45,321 nucleotides of DNA from Escherichia phage AV129: sequence record OR352959.1; one strand, written 5' to 3'. Below, piece by piece: positions 44,750 to 45,321 of this stretch. The translations under genes were made by a program, and so were the position numbers. Positions within the stretch are counted from its first letter, which is position 1, and every line of letters starts with the position of its first letter. The notes under the pieces were generated by a model, which had not been told where the DNA came from, did no database searches, and saw only the letters and a program-made list of their open reading frames with translations.

Positions 44750-45250
44750 ATGTATGGCGACCCGCAAACTTTTGTCGATTATGCCGCTGCGCGAGGCGTT
44801 GAAATTACGCTGGGAGATGCAACGCGACACCTTACCATCGTTAATGACTTCCTTAACGGCATCAACTGGATCGGCGAACAAGCGGACCAGACCGGAATCG
44901 ACGCATGGCCCCGCATCAATTACCCATCGGACGGTAGGCCGGTGCGCGACACGCTAACCGAAGTTGTGGCGGTAGTGCCTGCCGGACACATCGTAGACTT
45001 TGCATCAATCCCCGTCGCCGTTGAGCAAGCCGTTTACCGGCTGGCGCTGTTGGTGGCAGACGAGATCGATATTTCTCCGGTCGGCGATGGTAAAGAGACT
45101 ATCCGCGAAACGGTTGGCCCGATCACGATGGAGTATGACGCCGCGTCGATTGGAGGCGGGGTATCGTTCCCGTGGTGGGATGGCTTGTTAGGGCACTGGG
45201 TTGATTCTGGCGGCAACGCCGCAGGCAATTTCGACGTATTCAGGGGGTAA
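44750..45250 (+). CDS. putative head completion / head-tail connector protein
   Basis: ATG at 44750 with aggagtg RBS (the track's 44720 start lies inside the terminator hairpin); first gene after the capsid gene. Confidence 0.3.
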   Translation: MYGDPQTFVDYAAARGVEITLGDATRHLTIVNDFLNGINWIGEQADQTGIDAWPRINYPSDGRPVRDTLTEVVAVVPAGHIVDFASIPVAVEQAVYRLALLVADEIDISPVGDGKETIRETVGPITMEYDAASIGGGVSFPWWDGLLGHWVDSGGNAAGNFDVFRG

Positions 45251-45321
45251 TATGAATCCTGCATTACTCGCGGCGATAATCGCCGCCAACACTAAACGGC
45301 AACCAGTACCACCGGAGCCAG

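Noticed and set aside
1-45321. Integrase/repressor lysogeny module or prophage boundary
   Set aside because: No ORF shows tyrosine or serine recombinase motifs and no attachment-site-like flanking repeats were seen; the genome reads as a stand-alone virulent phage.

Overview
The window looks like a complete ~45.3 kb genome of a tailed dsDNA phage with enterobacterial-like composition; the first and last 15 nt are identical, so the sequence closes on itself. All functional calls come from reading motifs in the supplied translations and the nucleotide sequence, not from database searches. Layout: plus strand 34-12179 is a neck and lambda-type tail module (major tail protein, G/GT-like chaperone pair with a -1 frameshift site, tape measure, M/L/K/I/J-like tip proteins). 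12205-13394 (minus) holds a beta-rich protein and a lipoprotein. 13475-15298 (plus) is a side tail fiber with a C-terminal chaperone domain. 15327-28737 (minus) is the early/replication block: HAD phosphatase, N6-adenine methyltransferase, an amber-interrupted ORF, SF2 helicase, VRR-NUC nuclease, family A DNA polymerase, SSB-like protein, DUF2800-like exonuclease. 29079-45250 (plus) holds an early promoter, HTH regulator, primase-helicase, a repeat-rich ori-like region, holin/endolysin, terminase, portal, spanins, scaffold, major capsid. No integrase, repressor, tRNA or CRISPR array was recognised, so it looks virulent. The most unusual signals: (1) an intein in polymerase motif B whose interior carries an HNH endonuclease gene in a different reading frame; (2) a truncated DnaN (beta-clamp) homolog encoded antisense at 42128-42646; (3) a duplicated ~170-bp CGGGACA-iteron/hairpin element, one copy inside the tail operon; (4) a recurrent intergenic GCAACCAAT motif.
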